Notes: generated by a model from the sequence alone, not told the origin. 64,000 nt of DNA from a bacterium (GCA_003252295.1 QKEV01000015.1:24242-88241); one strand, 5' to 3'. Counted from the stretch's first letter, positions 27,525 through 37,910 are shown. Program-made: numbers and translations.

Positions 27525-30293
27525 CTATCCTATGCCATAGCGCATTTGAACTTGACGTTCAATTTCTGATAATGGTTTTCCATATTTTTGCAGTGACAGC
27601 TGCTTTATGTGTAGGGCACGTTCAGGACTCTTTGCGGGACCAGGTGGCACAAGAATCGAAAATGGTTTTTGTGGTACTCCGTTTGCGAGGATCTTTACAT
27701 AAGCATTACGGTTCTCAATATTCATGATATCTTGGGCAGCAAAAACTGGTTGGAACTGAGTCTGTAAAAATTCTGCATCTTCAGCACCGACACGGAATGT
27801 TGCAAGTGATCCGACGTTACCAAAAATTGAATCACGAATACCTGGGTCGATTTGTGCAATGAACTGGTGAGCTATATTGAGTGAAAGTTTATACTTTCTT
27901 GCCTCAGAAAGTATTGCTGAAATAGAGTCAGTGGTAATGTTTTGAAACTCATCAATGTAGAGATGAAATGCTGGAAGGTCGGTTGCAAGAGCATCAACTC
28001 GGGAAAGTGCAGCCATGAGTATTTTCCCAACGAGTACCATACCAAGAAGGTTTGCGTTTATCTCTCCCAACTTACCTTTACTCAGGTTGACGAGGAGTAT
28101 CTTTCGAGAATCCATCACTTCGCGCATGAGGAAGCTGCTCTTTTGTTGGGCAATGATCGGTCGCATGATGTCGTTTGCGGTGAAGATATCAAATTTATTA
28201 GTGATGTACGGCACCATGTTTTGGAGTGATGCTTCACCTTGTGCCTTTGTTGCAATTTCACGCCAGAATTGATTTACTATCGGATTTTTACTGCGTGCAA
28301 GTTTTACCTCACGGTACTTTGCATCTGCAAGTACTCGGGATATATCAAGCATGGTGCTTCCTGTACTTGGGTCCTCAAGTACGAGAGCAGTTGCATTTCT
28401 GAAGTACTGTTCAAATGCAGGTCCCATACTTTCAGGAGTTCCAGCGTAGAGTTTCTTGAATATAGAAAAAAGCTCGTTAATGACGAAGGTTTTTTGCTCT
28501 GGGTAACGTGCATCATACTCCAGCATGTTGAGACCGATGACGTGTTGTGTGTTTGTTGGATCAAAGTAGATGACATCGTCCATACGATGTTCAGGTATTG
28601 ATGCGAGTACATCTTCTATGTCTGAACCATGTGGGTCGATGAAGCATACTCCATCCCCTGCCTCGATATCCTGCTGTATGAGGTTTTTCATGAAGTATGT
28701 TTTACCAGTACCAGTTTGTCCTATGATGTAGAGATGACGCAAGCGGTCCTCTGGAGTGAGGTATGCTTTTGTTTCAACACCTCTAAAGTGGTTGCTGCCA
28801 AGCAGTGTGCCGCTCGTAGGTAAGCCAATAGGGGCCGGTGCTTCTGCCGTGCGACTTCGTTTCAATTGCGGTGTAGCTGCAAGCGAATGAGATGGGAAAT
28901 GTATGAGTCCAGTAAGTTCAGCAAGGGAAAGTGGCATACTCTGCTTGCTTGAGAATTCACGAAAGGTGTACTGATGTGCAAGCTTCCTTGCTTTGCTACC
29001 TGCCAAACGTTCAAACCGCATGCGGTTACCGTTTGCATTGTAGAACTGATTAAAGGAACTCTCTATATCTCGAAGTATAGTTTCGGATCGTTCCATGGTG
29101 GCGGCACTTGCCACTAGACGAATATTAACCTCAGGTATTGCTGTAGCAAGTTTTTTACGTATCTGCTCAACGAGTGTTTGGTCAACGTGTGGCGGTTCTT
29201 CAGGTGTTTCAGGTTTTTTTTGTGTTGAAAGTATGTCTTTAAAGGTATGTAGCACTTCAGCGGTAAAATCTTTCGGTGTTTCTTTTATTGCTTGAGAAAG
29301 TGATTTTCCTTTTTCGATTTTTTCTAGAACTTTTTGACAGTACTTTTTGTGTCCGCTGCCAACAGGGTTTACGATAAACTGTACAGCAGCTCCCTCTCCG
29401 ACGGTTGCTATTTTGGTGAGTGTGTTCACTAAGGTTGAGAGCGGGTCATGATCAAATTCCGTGTAGTCTTTGAGAGGAAGCAAGTAGGGGTGTTTGAGAG
29501 TTGCATACGAGACTGCATAGGCACCATCATGGAGGAACACATTGTAGTCGTTTGGGGCAAGGTGGGCACGTGCTCGGGGAAATGTTGAAAGCAGCTGTTT
29601 TTCAAACAGGTCCTCCTTGTCTCTCGGTACTGCAAGATAGAAGACAATATCTTCTCGCTCACCTGAAACAGCAACTTCAATGGAAAAGTAACGATCCCCT
29701 TTTGTCTTGAGTTCTGTGTCAACTGAAAACATGCCAAGGTAGAATTGCTCCATTACTGAGATGGTTTCCTTGAGTGTCTTCTGCCCCTCTTCAGGTGTTG
29801 GTTCTGGGAGTGTTACCTCAAAGAGTGTCATATTGAGAACATTCCAGAGCGGTGTTTTTTCCTTGATCTGTGGTGTGTCGTGGTATCTTGCAACGTACTG
29901 CACGAGCGCACGATGAAAATCATCTTCTAGGTGGGGATTTTGCATACGCTCGGCAACGGTGAGTGCATTCTTTATTCCCTTTTCCTCAAGTATTCCCAAA
30001 AGCTCTTCCATCACTTGATCATCCTTGTCTGGACTGAGTTCAAAATCACGAAGGATTGAATCAACCTCATTGTTACTTACTGCATGTGATTCATGGAGCA
30101 CCTCATGACTTGGCTGTTCTTTGTAGTTTTGGAGTTCTTCATAGATGAGTGCATTCTTTTCTGGAGTGTGACCCGCAGTCTTAAGCTGACGCTCTTTCTC
30201 AGCGACTTGGGCACGCAAAAATGCAATCTCCTCAGCAGGTGATGTAAAACGCTTATCACCACGCTCGGGATGTTCTCCGAACGGTTCTGGCAT
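27525..30293 (-). CDS. soluble TraD/TraG/VirD4-like (type IV coupling protein family) P-loop ATPase, 922 aa
   Basis: Walker A IIGQTGTGKTYF, …FIDPHG…, Walker B HLYIDEFQN, and a C-terminal …SLNIAHQFIAQ… block, matching the T4CP/TrwB architecture. There are no N-terminal TM helices and there is a roughly 480-aa N-terminal extension. Confidence 0.55.
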   Translation of the reverse strand: MPEPFGEHPERGDKRFTSPAEEIAFLRAQVAEKERQLKTAGHTPEKNALIYEELQNYKEQPSHEVLHESHAVSNNEVDSILRDFELSPDKDDQVMEELLGILEEKGIKNALTVAERMQNPHLEDDFHRALVQYVARYHDTPQIKEKTPLWNVLNMTLFEVTLPEPTPEEGQKTLKETISVMEQFYLGMFSVDTELKTKGDRYFSIEVAVSGEREDIVFYLAVPRDKEDLFEKQLLSTFPRARAHLAPNDYNVFLHDGAYAVSYATLKHPYLLPLKDYTEFDHDPLSTLVNTLTKIATVGEGAAVQFIVNPVGSGHKKYCQKVLEKIEKGKSLSQAIKETPKDFTAEVLHTFKDILSTQKKPETPEEPPHVDQTLVEQIRKKLATAIPEVNIRLVASAATMERSETILRDIESSFNQFYNANGNRMRFERLAGSKARKLAHQYTFREFSSKQSMPLSLAELTGLIHFPSHSLAATPQLKRSRTAEAPAPIGLPTSGTLLGSNHFRGVETKAYLTPEDRLRHLYIIGQTGTGKTYFMKNLIQQDIEAGDGVCFIDPHGSDIEDVLASIPEHRMDDVIYFDPTNTQHVIGLNMLEYDARYPEQKTFVINELFSIFKKLYAGTPESMGPAFEQYFRNATALVLEDPSTGSTMLDISRVLADAKYREVKLARSKNPIVNQFWREIATKAQGEASLQNMVPYITNKFDIFTANDIMRPIIAQQKSSFLMREVMDSRKILLVNLSKGKLGEINANLLGMVLVGKILMAALSRVDALATDLPAFHLYIDEFQNITTDSISAILSEARKYKLSLNIAHQFIAQIDPGIRDSIFGNVGSLATFRVGAEDAEFLQTQFQPVFAAQDIMNIENRNAYVKILANGVPQKPFSILVPPGPAKSPERALHIKQLSLQKYGKPLSEIERQVQMRYGIG

Positions 30294-30356
30294 ACCACAA
30301 GTATACCAAGAAGAAGTGGTTGATTTTTTTGTTTACAGAGTGGCGTGTGGACACTA

Positions 30357-31367
30357 CTATTTTGCGATCATGCTGCGCTTGTAGGTGTTGAGATGTGTGA
30401 GTGCGATACCGGTACCTCGTGCGACGCACAGTGGTGCATGTTCAGCAAGCGTTGCCCGTACTCCTGCTCTACGGAAGATGAGTTCTGGCAGGTTTCGTAA
30501 CTGACTTGTACCACCGGTCATGATGATACCGCGGTCGATAATGTCTGCAGCAAGTTCAGGTGGTGTCTCCTGCAGTACGTACTTAATAGCATCGATCATT
30601 TCAGTAAGCTCTTTCTTTGTTGCCTTTACTACCTCATTGGTGCCTATTTCCGTTGTTTTTGGTAGTCCTGAGATAACATCACGTCCCTTTACCTCCATGG
30701 TAAGCTCTTCTTCAACTGGCAGTGCTGAACCGACATTTATCTTTATCTCCTCAGCAGTTTTCTCTCCTATTGCCATGTTGTGGGTTTTTTTGACGTAGTC
30801 TTGTATAGCATGATCAAGTCGGTTGCCTGCACACTTCACTGACGTTGATGCAACAATACCACCAAGTGAGATAACAGCTACATCAATGGTGCCGCCGCCA
30901 ATATCGGTTACGATGTGTCCTCGTGGTTCTTGGATAGGAATGCCGGCACCAATAGCTGCAAGTACCGGTTCTTTCACGACGTAGGCGTTCTTTGCGCCGG
31001 CTTTTACTGCTGCTTCTATAACAGCACGTCGTTCCGTTGAGGTGACGCCTGCTGGAACGGAGAGAATAACGTCTGGTTTAAAGTAGTTGAAACGACCAAG
31101 TGCTTTTTTTATGTAGTATGAGAGCATTGCTTCAGTAACACGGTAGTTTGCAATAACGCCATCCTTCATCGGTTTGTAGGCAACAATACTGTCAGGTGTT
31201 TTACCCACCATGATCTTAGCGTCAGCGCCAACCGCAAGAATTTTTTTGTCTTCCAGTGAGACAGCAACCACGGATGGTTCATTCAAGACGACACCCTTCT
31301 CAGGGACGTATACGAGCGTGGTGGTGGTGCCTAGGTCTATGCCAAGTTTTGGTGTGAAGAACGACAT
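30357..31367 (-). CDS. mreB: rod shape-determining protein MreB
   Basis: GIDLGTTTTLVY…DIGGGTIDVAVISLGG…MTGGTSQLRNL actin-fold motifs. Length 336 aa. Confidence 0.9.
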   Translation of the reverse strand: MSFFTPKLGIDLGTTTTLVYVPEKGVVLNEPSVVAVSLEDKKILAVGADAKIMVGKTPDSIVAYKPMKDGVIANYRVTEAMLSYYIKKALGRFNYFKPDVILSVPAGVTSTERRAVIEAAVKAGAKNAYVVKEPVLAAIGAGIPIQEPRGHIVTDIGGGTIDVAVISLGGIVASTSVKCAGNRLDHAIQDYVKKTHNMAIGEKTAEEIKINVGSALPVEEELTMEVKGRDVISGLPKTTEIGTNEVVKATKKELTEMIDAIKYVLQETPPELAADIIDRGIIMTGGTSQLRNLPELIFRRAGVRATLAEHAPLCVARGTGIALTHLNTYKRSMIAK

Positions 31368-31502
31368 GTAGTGTTAGCTAGCATATAGGGAAAATGAAAA
31401 CTAATCCAGTACCTAAGGGAGTAGAGAATCTTGACAAGTGTGTAAAATAACGTGTTTTACTCAATTCTTGACGACTAAGTACTGTTGTGCGATTCACAAT
31501 AG

Positions 31503-32858
31503 ATGACAGGCAACAAATGTGTATGGTGCTACAATAGGTTCATGACGTCACAACAAAAACAAATGATCTTTACCGTTAACGGCGGTAAAAAATTACATGG
31601 TGAGGTGACCGTTGATGGATCAAAGAATGGTTCTGTTGGGTTGCTTGCAGCTTCTTTGTTAAATCGTGCACCAACCACATATACGAATATTCCTAAAATT
31701 GAGGAGGTAAATAGATTACTGGAGGTACTTGAGTCTATCGGGATGAGTTGCGTATGGGAAAATGGTGCTCTTACGTTGGTGCCTCCTCAAAAGTACAATC
31801 TTGATTCACTTAATATTGAGGCTGCAAAAAAAACGCGATCAATACTCATGTTTATTGGTCCTTTGATACATTTGCTTAAGAATTTTTCATTACCGCATTC
31901 CGGTGGTTGCAAACTTGGGAACCGTACCGTGCGTCCGCACTTTTACGCCCTTGAGAGACTCGGTGTAAAGATACACACCGATGATACTGCTTGGCAGGTT
32001 TCAAGAGGTGTTCTCAAACCTGCTGAAATAGTGATGTATGAATCGAGTGATACAGCGACCGAGAATGTCATCATGGCTGCTGCACTTGTTCCTGGAAAAA
32101 CCACCATCAAGTATGCTTCTGCAAACTACATGGTTCAGGAGCTCTGTTTTTTCTTGGAGGATTGCGGTATTAAGATTGAAGGGATTGGTACCACAACACT
32201 TGTGGTACATGGTAAAAAGAGTATCGATAAACCATTGGTTTACAATATTTCCGAAGACCCTATCGTGACCATGATGTATCTTTCGGCAGCTATTGTAACA
32301 AGATCGAGTGTCACCATTAAACGTGCACCAATAGAGTTTCTCGAACAGGAACTTCTCGTTTTGGAGAAAATGGGTTTCAAGTACGAGATACTAAAACGTT
32401 ACACCTCAAAGAATAAACGCACAAAGCTCGTTGACCTTAAGACGAAACCATCCAGACTCACAGCGCCACTTGATAAAGTGCATGCACGACCGTATCCGGG
32501 ACTCAACACGGACAACCTCCCCTTCTTTGCTGCCATTGCAACACAGGCTGAAGGGACGACACTCATCCACGACTGGATATTTGAAAAACGAGCTCTATAC
32601 TTCACCGACCTAGATAAGCTCGGGGCAGATACTATGCTTGCAGATCCACACAGGATTTATATTGAAGGACCTACAGAGTTACGTGCAAATGAGCTTGTTG
32701 CTCCCCCTGCACTACGTCCAGCAGTAGTGCTTCTTGTTGCCATGCTTGCTGCGAAAGGTACATCTATATTACGGAACGTGTATCCGATCAATCGCGGATA
32801 TGAGGATATTGTTGGGAAGCTACGGTCAATTGGGGCAGATATTTCAATTACAAACTAG
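31503..32858 (+). CDS. murA: UDP-N-acetylglucosamine 1-carboxyvinyltransferase
   Basis: EPT-fold motifs (…GSKNGSVGLLAASLL…) and the catalytic Cys region (…LPHSGGCKLGNRTVRPH…). The true start is probably an internal Met (MTSQQ/MIFTVNGG). Confidence 0.9.
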   Translation: MTGNKCVWCYNRFMTSQQKQMIFTVNGGKKLHGEVTVDGSKNGSVGLLAASLLNRAPTTYTNIPKIEEVNRLLEVLESIGMSCVWENGALTLVPPQKYNLDSLNIEAAKKTRSILMFIGPLIHLLKNFSLPHSGGCKLGNRTVRPHFYALERLGVKIHTDDTAWQVSRGVLKPAEIVMYESSDTATENVIMAAALVPGKTTIKYASANYMVQELCFFLEDCGIKIEGIGTTTLVVHGKKSIDKPLVYNISEDPIVTMMYLSAAIVTRSSVTIKRAPIEFLEQELLVLEKMGFKYEILKRYTSKNKRTKLVDLKTKPSRLTAPLDKVHARPYPGLNTDNLPFFAAIATQAEGTTLIHDWIFEKRALYFTDLDKLGADTMLADPHRIYIEGPTELRANELVAPPALRPAVVLLVAMLAAKGTSILRNVYPINRGYEDIVGKLRSIGADISITN

Positions 32859-32906
32859 CAAAACCTCAAGATTTTGAGTACCAAAAAACATGCTACTATG
32901 TGAGCT

Positions 32907-34799
32907 ATGTTTACGGTAACCGTAGTACCAATTTCACGTGGGAGCAACATATCAGAACTCACCTACTACAGCAGTGTGGCGTACCCACAAGGGTCTTTCA
33001 TTTATGTACCAGTTCGTAGCACTGAACGTCTTGCACTCGTTCTTTCGTGTAGTGAGGTAAAAAAGGTAAAAGCAACGTTACGTAATCGATCATTTGCACT
33101 GAAGAAGGTACGGAAACAAAAAAGTAAACAGTTGGTAACGCAAGAATTTGTTCGTGCTGTTGAGACAGTTGCAAAAAAACACGCAGCAAGTGTCGGTGCA
33201 GTACTTTTTTCAGTGGTTCCTAAAGCACTCATGGATTTTGCTGAAAGTATTGGTGAGACGGTGGAAGTAGCAAAACCAAAATTGAGAGGTTACATTGTGC
33301 CACGCCTCTACCAAGGGTTAGCAAAGAGTAGGGTTGAGTTTTACAAAACCTCGATACGTGAGGCGTTTGCTGCAGGTGGTTCAGTGTTTCTCATGGTACC
33401 AACCATTGCTGACGGTGAGCGTGTTCAAAGTGAACTTTGTAACGGTATTGAGAAATACTCTTTTTTCCTTCACGGTGGTGTATCAAAGAAAAAGCAGCAA
33501 ACAATGGTGCAGAATATTTTACAGTCTGAGCACCCAGTACTTGTTATTGCTCCATACCAGTACCTGTCTCTGCCGCGTCACGATCTTGTTACAGTGATCG
33601 TTGAACGTGAAGGTTCTCCGTTATATCGTTCACGTACTCGTCCTTTCGTGGATGCACGAGTATTGGCACATGAACTTGCTGCTGAGATCGGTGGTCAGCT
33701 TTTCTTGGCTGATCTCCCACTTCGTATTGAGAGTGTCTACATGCGTTCACTTGGTGAGTATGAAGAGATCGTAACAGGTGATCATAGGATGCATTTCCCC
33801 ACAAAAGTAGAGCTATTGAACTTACAAGGAACTACCACTTCAAGTGATAAACGTTTTCAAGCAATCGATGGTTCATTGTTTGATAAGATTCGAGACACAG
33901 GTCTTCATGGAGGACGCACCTTTTTGTATGTTGCAAGACGAGGTCTTTCTCCAGTAACACTTTGTCAGGATTGTGGAACAGTGGTGAAGTGTAATGAGTG
34001 TGGTGTCTCAGTGGTACTGCACCATGGAAGCAGTGAGAATCACTTTCTCTGTCATTCGTGTGGTGCACTCCGTCATGCACGAGAGCGGTGCAGTAACTGC
34101 ACAAGCTGGAGACTTGCAGCTTTCGGTATAGGAACAGAGTTGGTGGAGCAAGAGGTAAAAGAAGTACTACCAAAACGTGACGTTTTTGTTATCTCAAGTG
34201 ATACAGTAAAAACCCATAAGCAAGCAGATGCTGTTGTTCAAGAGTTCTACAAGACACCGAAATCAGTGCTCGTTGGTACAGAGATGGCGCTACCTTACCT
34301 CACGAAACATGTCCCCCTTGTTGGTGTTGCTTCGTTGGATTCCCTTCTCTCTCTTGCAAGTTGGAACATATATGAACGCATTGCGGCAACACTAACCCGT
34401 TTGCGCGAGATAGCGGGAGAAGAACTTGTCGTGCAGACGAGGTGTCCAGAAGCAGAAGTGCTCCGTAAGGTGATGAGTGGCAACTTTTCTGGTTTTTATA
34501 AAGATGAATTGGAGGTGCGAAAGATACTCGGCTACCCTCCATATACAGTCCTCTTGAAGGTCTCCTATACGGGTACACAGGAGTTGGTTGAGCAAAAAAT
34601 GAAGGAAGCTGTTGAACATCTAAAACCTTATGAACTCATACTATTTTCTCGTTTTCTTCAAGCTCCAGGTGGTAAGCATACATTGCATGGTTTTCTTAGG
34701 GTTGAGCGTGAGTCATGGCCTGATGCAGGTCTGCTCGACCGTTTACTCTCCTTACCGCCGAGCTATCAGGTCTCTGTTGATCCGGACAGTATCTTGTAG
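32907..34799 (+). CDS. priA: primosomal protein N' (PriA)-like, ATPase motifs degenerate
   Basis: Collinear with PriA, including the Cys-rich zinc-binding insert (CQDCG…CNECG…CHSCG…CSNC). Walker A aligns as QGLAKSRV rather than GxTGSGKT, and Walker B as VIVEREGS rather than VIDEEHD. Confidence 0.7.
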   Translation: MFTVTVVPISRGSNISELTYYSSVAYPQGSFIYVPVRSTERLALVLSCSEVKKVKATLRNRSFALKKVRKQKSKQLVTQEFVRAVETVAKKHAASVGAVLFSVVPKALMDFAESIGETVEVAKPKLRGYIVPRLYQGLAKSRVEFYKTSIREAFAAGGSVFLMVPTIADGERVQSELCNGIEKYSFFLHGGVSKKKQQTMVQNILQSEHPVLVIAPYQYLSLPRHDLVTVIVEREGSPLYRSRTRPFVDARVLAHELAAEIGGQLFLADLPLRIESVYMRSLGEYEEIVTGDHRMHFPTKVELLNLQGTTTSSDKRFQAIDGSLFDKIRDTGLHGGRTFLYVARRGLSPVTLCQDCGTVVKCNECGVSVVLHHGSSENHFLCHSCGALRHARERCSNCTSWRLAAFGIGTELVEQEVKEVLPKRDVFVISSDTVKTHKQADAVVQEFYKTPKSVLVGTEMALPYLTKHVPLVGVASLDSLLSLASWNIYERIAATLTRLREIAGEELVVQTRCPEAEVLRKVMSGNFSGFYKDELEVRKILGYPPYTVLLKVSYTGTQELVEQKMKEAVEHLKPYELILFSRFLQAPGGKHTLHGFLRVERESWPDAGLLDRLLSLPPSYQVSVDPDSIL

Positions 34800-34851
34800 A
34801 AAGTCATGTTTTGTGTTGCCGAAGCAGCAATGAGCGTGTATCATCTCGAAT

Positions 34852-35379
34852 ATGAAGGAAATAGTACAACTTGGCGAGCACGAGGCGCTTCGTATGAAAG
34901 CACAAGACGTGCCTCTTAAAGATATACAGAGTAAAAAAATACAGGACATCATTGCTGACATGAAAGAGACGCTTGAAAAAGAACCTGACGGTGCTGCGCT
35001 TGCTGCACCACAGATCGGTGTACCACTGCGTATTTTCTTACTCGCTGAGAAGGTGTTTGGGGTTGATAGCTCACATAAGGCAGCGAGCAAGGATCCACAT
35101 CTTGTATTTATAAACCCTGTCATTATTAAGCGTTCTGGCAAGAAGGCGCTCATGGATGAAGGATGTCTTTCTCTGCGAGGTAAGTATGGCACAATACAAC
35201 GTTCTACTAATGTGACCGTTGAGGCGTATGATGAGCATGGTAAGAAGTTTACCCGTGGTGCAGGAGGACTGCTTGCACAAGCGTTTCAGCATGAATGTGA
35301 TCACTTTGATGGTGTGCTTTTCTGTGATGGTGCAAAAGAGCTCTGGGATGTTGATATGTCAGAGCAAAAGAAAAATTAG
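34852..35379 (+). CDS. def: peptide deformylase
   Basis: GVPLRIF…EGCLS…HECDHFDG metal-binding motifs. Confidence 0.9.
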   Translation: MKEIVQLGEHEALRMKAQDVPLKDIQSKKIQDIIADMKETLEKEPDGAALAAPQIGVPLRIFLLAEKVFGVDSSHKAASKDPHLVFINPVIIKRSGKKALMDEGCLSLRGKYGTIQRSTNVTVEAYDEHGKKFTRGAGGLLAQAFQHECDHFDGVLFCDGAKELWDVDMSEQKKN

Positions 35380-35385
35380 TTTTGC

Positions 35386-36249
35386 ATGAAAGATATACGA
35401 ATAGCGTTTTTTGGAACACCAGAACTTGCCGTGTATGTGCTCGATGAGTTAAAGCGTGGGGGTATTGCACCTGCGCTTGTAGTTACGGCTCCGGACAGGA
35501 AGGCGGGCAGGAAACTTGTACTCACCCCTCCTCCAGTAAAGGTGTGGGCAGAAGAGTATGACATTGAGGTTTTGCAACCCGAGTCGTTAAAAAATAGTGA
35601 TGAGTTGGAGATACTCAAGAATAGCGAATGGGACCTTTTTATTGTTGCTGCGTACACAATATTTCTTCCAAAATATCTACTGGAACTTCCAAAGTATGGT
35701 GTACTCAACGTACACCCTTCCCTTTTGCCAAAGTTGCGTGGACCTTCACCAATTCGCACTGCTATTCGAGATGATCTTGAAGATGAAACGGGTGTGAGTG
35801 TTATCCTTCTTGATGAGGAAATGGATCATGGACCTATTGTGGCACAAGCTACTGTGGAGCTTCCCGAGTGGCCAGTACAAGGAAGAGTGCTCGATGAACT
35901 TCTCTTTCGTGAGGGAGGGCGTTTATTGCTTGAGGTGATACCAGAGTGGGTGAAGAAAACCATAACACCAGACCCACAGGAGCATGGGCAAGCAACGTAT
36001 ACACAACAGATAGCAAAAGCTGATGGAGAACTGCATCTTGATGGTGATGCGTATGAAAACTACTGTAAGTACTGTGCCTACGATGGTTGGCCTGGTGTCT
36101 TCTTCTTTGAGGAACGAAATGGTAAAACAGTGCGTGTGAAGGTCACAGACGCACTGTTTGAGAATGGTCAATTTTTAATACAGAGAGTTATACCAGAGGG
36201 TAAAAAAGAGATGTCGTACACTGATTGGATGAGAAATGCCGACGACTAG
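35386..36249 (+). CDS. fmt: methionyl-tRNA formyltransferase
   Basis: Follows def. Formyltransferase N-domain (…NVHPSLLPKLRGPSPI…) plus C-domain. Confidence 0.9.
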   Translation: MKDIRIAFFGTPELAVYVLDELKRGGIAPALVVTAPDRKAGRKLVLTPPPVKVWAEEYDIEVLQPESLKNSDELEILKNSEWDLFIVAAYTIFLPKYLLELPKYGVLNVHPSLLPKLRGPSPIRTAIRDDLEDETGVSVILLDEEMDHGPIVAQATVELPEWPVQGRVLDELLFREGGRLLLEVIPEWVKKTITPDPQEHGQATYTQQIAKADGELHLDGDAYENYCKYCAYDGWPGVFFFEERNGKTVRVKVTDALFENGQFLIQRVIPEGKKEMSYTDWMRNADD

Positions 36250-36608
36250 GCGGTTTCGCGAATCATCTTCTTGAGCACACGTGCCCCTCCCCTCTTTTGC
36301 GTTTCGTGCTTTCCCTTGTCTACTTTGAGCGCTTGCAGTATGTCGTCTTTTACTTTGTCGATAGCTTTTTCAAAGGTTGGCTCATCTTTGCTTACTCGGT
36401 ATATTCTACCTTCAGCTTCTAGGGTTACCTCTGCTGTGTACACATCTCCTGTTTGATGCTTTGGGTCTTTGCGAAATTCAACGTAACAAACGGCTGCTTC
36501 AACACTCTTTTCATCAAGTAGCTTTGAAAAAGCTGCTAGTTTGGTTTCTGCGTATGCTTTAAGTTTTTCGTCAGCGTCAGTACCGGTAAACTTTATGTTT
36601 GTTTTCAT
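36246..36608 (-). CDS. hpf: ribosome hibernation promoting factor (HPF/RaiA)
   Basis: MKTNIKFTGTDADEKLKAYAETKL… matches the beta-alpha-beta-beta-beta-alpha HPF pattern. Confidence 0.75.
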   Translation of the reverse strand: MKTNIKFTGTDADEKLKAYAETKLAAFSKLLDEKSVEAAVCYVEFRKDPKHQTGDVYTAEVTLEAEGRIYRVSKDEPTFEKAIDKVKDDILQALKVDKGKHETQKRGGARVLKKMIRETA

Positions 36609-36612
36609 AGTA

Positions 36613-36876
36613 TTAACTATTACTTAATAATTGATACGTCTTTGAAGGTGTTTGTGCTCCTTTTATGAGTCGTAGCATATTGGGCATACATTTGAGCTCT
36701 TGTGCCACGAGTTCACGTACCCGTCTATTTGCAAGTCCTCGTTCTGCTTTTTCTTTTACGGTTATGTAAAAGGTTTCGTTTCTTATGGTAACTGTTTCTC
36801 TCTTTGCATTAGTTACTACGCGTACGTGAAGGTACTTTCTTTCATTCTCTGTGTTTTTAGTTTTGTTGACGTTCAT
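36613..36876 (-). CDS. DUF167 (YggU) family protein
   Basis: …KAERGLANRRVRELVAQELKCMPNMLRLIKGAQTPSK fits the DUF167 C-terminal consensus (KAN..L..FL…V.L..G.TSR.K). Confidence 0.6.
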   Translation of the reverse strand: MNVNKTKNTENERKYLHVRVVTNAKRETVTIRNETFYITVKEKAERGLANRRVRELVAQELKCMPNMLRLIKGAQTPSKTYQLLSNS

Positions 36877-37456
36877 ATGTTCCCATGAGTTCCCCTTGAG
36901 AGAGAATGTGTCCTTTCATGAGCTCCAAAACCTCCTCTTTTGTTGCTCCTTCTTCAAGTCTCAAAATAGTGTCGAGTGCATATACTTTAAAGAAGTAGCG
37001 ATGTTCTCTGTCAGGTGGACATGGTCCAGTATAGGTGAGTCCTTGTGAGGTAGTGATACCTGGAGTTGAAGTTGGTGCTTCGCCTTCACCGATGCGTAGT
37101 GTGTTAGGTGGAATATTGAAAAGTACCCAATGGTTCCACATACCATCTTCTCGAAGGTTTGTAGGAACATCAGGGTCTTCCATGATGAGTGCGAGAGATG
37201 TTGCATTCTCTGGTATGTTATCAATAGCGAGCGGTGGAGAAATGTTCTCACCATCACAGGTGTATTTTTCTGGGATAGTGTGTTCGTTAGCAAAGGCAGG
37301 AGAGCGAATAATAAGGTCGTTCATAGGCAGTACGTTATCGCTAGTAAGAGGTGCTTGTAGACTTTGTTCCTGCTCTTCTGTGTGTTCAAGAGTGTAGTAG
37401 ATGCCGTATATGAGTACTAGGAAGCCAAGTCCTTGTAGCATCCATGCTGTTCGCAT
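36857..37456 (-). CDS. YbhB/YbcL-type PEBP (Raf-kinase-inhibitor-like) protein, membrane-anchored
   Basis: HRYFFKVYALD and surrounding PEBP motifs. Start taken at MRTAWML (37456). Confidence 0.75.
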   Translation of the reverse strand: MRTAWMLQGLGFLVLIYGIYYTLEHTEEQEQSLQAPLTSDNVLPMNDLIIRSPAFANEHTIPEKYTCDGENISPPLAIDNIPENATSLALIMEDPDVPTNLREDGMWNHWVLFNIPPNTLRIGEGEAPTSTPGITTSQGLTYTGPCPPDREHRYFFKVYALDTILRLEEGATKEEVLELMKGHILSQGELMGTYERQQN

Positions 37457-37526
37457 AGTTATAGTATAGCAGAGAAAAATGTAAACCCGAACCATTGCAT
37501 GGCCCGGGTTTATTGTTCTGTAATAT

Positions 37527-37667
37527 CTAACAGATTATGGGAACCTGAATAGATCCTAACTCCCACATACGACGTTCTTCTTCTGCTGAAATTCCTGTGC
37601 AGGCAGTACGTACTTCATCGTCTGTTGTGGGTACTTTCTTCTCTTCTGTTGGTCCTTCTTGCATCAT
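37527..37667 (-). CDS. 46-aa small ORF (MMQEGPTEEKKVPTTDDEVRTACTGISAEEERRMWELGSIQVPIIC)
   Basis: Below the ORF-track cutoff. Very strong SD (AAAGGGGGAA) 5 nt before ATGATG. Protein-like composition. Lies just upstream, on the same strand, of the PEBP gene. Confidence 0.35.
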   Translation of the reverse strand: MMQEGPTEEKKVPTTDDEVRTACTGISAEEERRMWELGSIQVPIIC

Positions 37668-37910
37668 TTCCCCCTTTCATTTCTGTTTTTGTTGAAGATT
37701 TTCTAGTGTTCAGTCCGATGACAACCATACAGTATGTTACATATCATGTCAATGGTTTATCCACAGAAATGTATTGACATATATATAATCAAGTGCTACT
37801 TTATCGCTAGTTCTGTACATTGTTAACAGAATGCTACATTTAGTTTACTTGGACAAAGGTGTCCATTTACTGGCCAAAACTGGTCACAAAAAACGAAACG
37901 GAGGTGCACA

